Source: a virus (taxonomy: Duplodnaviria; Caudoviricetes). Taken from it: DNA of 58,552 bases. The notes under the pieces are model-generated. The model searched no databases, was not told where the DNA came from, and saw only the letters and a list, made by a program, of their open reading frames with translations. Within the stretch, counting starts at the first letter, position 1. Every line of letters begins with the position of its first letter. A program made the translations under genes and the position numbers. Location of the stretch: positions 1 to 58,552 of IMG/VR virus record IMGVR_UViG_3300033181_000002. One strand, 5' to 3'. This document shows positions 56,662-58,552 of the stretch, piece after piece.

Positions 56662-58552
56662 TTGACCAACGTCGTCTCGACGCTGCAACTGAGGCTGATC
56701 GACGACGTTTCGATCAACGCCAACAAGGTGGCGGCCGCGATCCACCAGGACGCCAAGCGGGTCGCGGAGCTGCAGGCGGCGCTCAAGGGCTCCGGCGTCT
56801 CCGACAGCCTGAAGACCTCGCTCTCGAAAATTGGTGCGTCCAAGACCCACATCGAGGGCGTGACGCGCGCCTGGGGCGATTTCGTCAAGCAGGAGGGGAT
56901 CGCCGGCAAGGCCACGGCCGACCTCACGCGCGACAAGATCAACGCCGTCCGCTCCTGGGAATCCGTCACCAAGGCCTCGGTCAAGGCCATCATCGGCGAG
57001 GAAAGGTCGCTCACCGATGCGACCCGCCGCGAGGCTCTGGCGCGCGAGAACGCGATGCGCCAGGAGGAGGCCGCGCTTAGGCGCAAGGTCGAGCAGGAAG
57101 CGGCGTTGATGAAGCGCCTGCGCGAGCAGGAACGCCACGCGCAGGACCGGCAGGGTTTTCGGCACTACGTGGCAGGCTCGGTCGCTATGGCGGTGTCGAC
57201 GCACGGCGTCGTGTCGGGAACCGAGAAGGTGCTCGAGAAGGGCGCCGAGCTGCAGCATGTGCGCGTCGGCATGGAGAACGCCGGCATCACCCCGGCCGAG
57301 ATCGTCCGCATCCAGGACCAGGCGCTGAAGCTCTCGGCCCGGGTCGGCAACGAGTCGCAGACGAGCATCATCGAACTCGCCAAGGAGGTCCGCTCGGTGA
57401 TGGCCGATCCGGCCGAGATGTCCAAGGTGCTCGAGCCGATCACCGCCGCGAAGTCGATACTCGACGCACTGGACACCACAGGGCAGTCGAGTGCCGGCAT
57501 CGGGCAGCTCGTCAAGGCGGGCGAGCTGCTAGGCGCTGGCCAGAGCCCGGAACGTATGAAGGAGCTGATCGACGGCTGGACGCGCGTGATGCAGGTCCAG
57601 GGCAAGACGATCTCGCCCGACCAGATCTACGAGTTCGCCAAATACAGCAAGGCGGCGGGGGCGCAACTGTCCGACCGCTTCCTGATGACCACGGGGCCGT
57701 CGGTCGTGCAGGAGCTCGGCGGATCGACGACCGGCAACGACATCGCCCAGATGAGCCGGCAGCTGACCAGCGGGTTCCAGAACCGGCACGTGGCGTTGAA
57801 GGAGATGGCACGGATCGGCATGGTCGACCCAAACGCCATCGACTACCTCAACACCGGCGAAGCCAAGGGACTGAAGCCGGGAACCTCGAAAGTGGTCCAG
57901 GGGGAGAGCCTGTTCCACACCGATCCCGACAAGTGGGTCTACGAGGTCCTCATGCCGCACATGGAAGCGGCCGGCATGAAGGACCGTGAGAGCCAGCTCA
58001 GCTTCGTGCAGAAGACCTTCACCGGGACCTCCGCCGATTTCATCTCCAAGCTGATCACGCAGAGGCAATCCTTCGACACCCACGCCGGTCTGTACCAGAC
58101 GGCGCTCGGGTTGAAGGCGGTCGACAACAACGCCAAGGACGCCACGGTCGGGCTGAACAGTCTCACGACATCGATCGGCAACCTGTCGGCGCAGGTCTCG
58201 GCGCCCCTCATGGACACGATCGGACGGCGCCTGAACGGCCTGGCCGGGTGGATCAACTATCTGGCCGAGACCGCTAAGGACCATCCGGTTGCGGCACCGG
58301 TTCTCGGCACCACGGCCGCGGCCGTCGCGGCCGGGGCGGCCGGGTGGATGAGCATGAAGGTCTGGAACGGCTTCGGGCTAGGCACTGCCGCCACGGAGCT
58401 GACGGGCTCCGCCGGCGCTATCGACGCCGCAGCAGCGAGGCTCGGGGCCACCGGCGTCGCGGGCGGGGGCGGCACGGTCCTGGAAGCCGCCAAGAAGGCA
58501 GCGCCCGCCTTGCCGGCCCTGGGTGCCGGTGCGCTCGCCGGCGTCGGCGCCG
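56662..58552 (+). CDS. Tape measure protein (partial, runs off the window)
   Basis: TTG start (TNVVSTLQLRLIDDVS) and a long Ala-rich helical open frame after the chaperone. Confidence 0.85.
   Translation, partial: MTNVVSTLQLRLIDDVSINANKVAAAIHQDAKRVAELQAALKGSGVSDSLKTSLSKIGASKTHIEGVTRAWGDFVKQEGIAGKATADLTRDKINAVRSWESVTKASVKAIIGEERSLTDATRREALARENAMRQEEAALRRKVEQEAALMKRLREQERHAQDRQGFRHYVAGSVAMAVSTHGVVSGTEKVLEKGAELQHVRVGMENAGITPAEIVRIQDQALKLSARVGNESQTSIIELAKEVRSVMADPAEMSKVLEPITAAKSILDALDTTGQSSAGIGQLVKAGELLGAGQSPERMKELIDGWTRVMQVQGKTISPDQIYEFAKYSKAAGAQLSDRFLMTTGPSVVQELGGSTTGNDIAQMSRQLTSGFQNRHVALKEMARIGMVDPNAIDYLNTGEAKGLKPGTSKVVQGESLFHTDPDKWVYEVLMPHMEAAGMKDRESQLSFVQKTFTGTSADFISKLITQRQSFDTHAGLYQTALGLKAVDNNAKDATVGLNSLTTSIGNLSAQVSAPLMDTIGRRLNGLAGWINYLAETAKDHPVAAPVLGTTAAAVAAGAAGWMSMKVWNGFGLGTAATELTGSAGAIDAAAARLGATGVAGGGGTVLEAAKKAAPALPALGAGALAGVGA

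Noticed and set aside
35647-58552. Lysis cassette
   Set aside because: No recognisable endolysin, holin or spanin in the window; it probably lies beyond the right edge.

Overview
The window holds most of a high-GC temperate prophage, probably from an alphaproteobacterial (Rhizobiales-like) host, integrated at the 3' end of a tRNA-Gly(TCC). From left to right: integrase and excisionase; a leftward early operon (HerA-like ATPase, GcrA-like protein); a lambda-style cI/cro switch with four 17-bp operators and a two-gene PIN module in the rexAB position; a long rightward accessory/replication operon (four DNA methyltransferases, ParB-like, CtrA-like winged helix, ASCH, DUF5131, DUF1643, replication initiator with internal iterons); a phage tRNA-fMet; a 7.5-kb accessory block with a fifth methyltransferase; then lambda-like head genes and P2-like contractile tail genes, with the tape measure gene running off the right edge. 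Two systems stand out. (1) A TIGR-Tas-like RNA-guided locus: a nuclease-less IS110/Nop-domain protein (30617-31426) with five stem-loop units of the form CCA-N9-TG-loop-CCA-N9-TG. Four units are hidden inside the upstream ORF and one overlaps the protein's own stop codon. (2) Ten copies of a 28-bp 11-6-11 dyad (GCTTCCGATAA-N5C-TTCCCGGAAGC) that looks like a tyrosine-recombinase core site. Eight sit in frame just after the start codons of accessory ORFs, and two flank the block that encodes a second, Cre/Xer-like recombinase, suggesting an integron-like cassette-shuffling system. All family assignments come from motif recognition by eye, not database searches.
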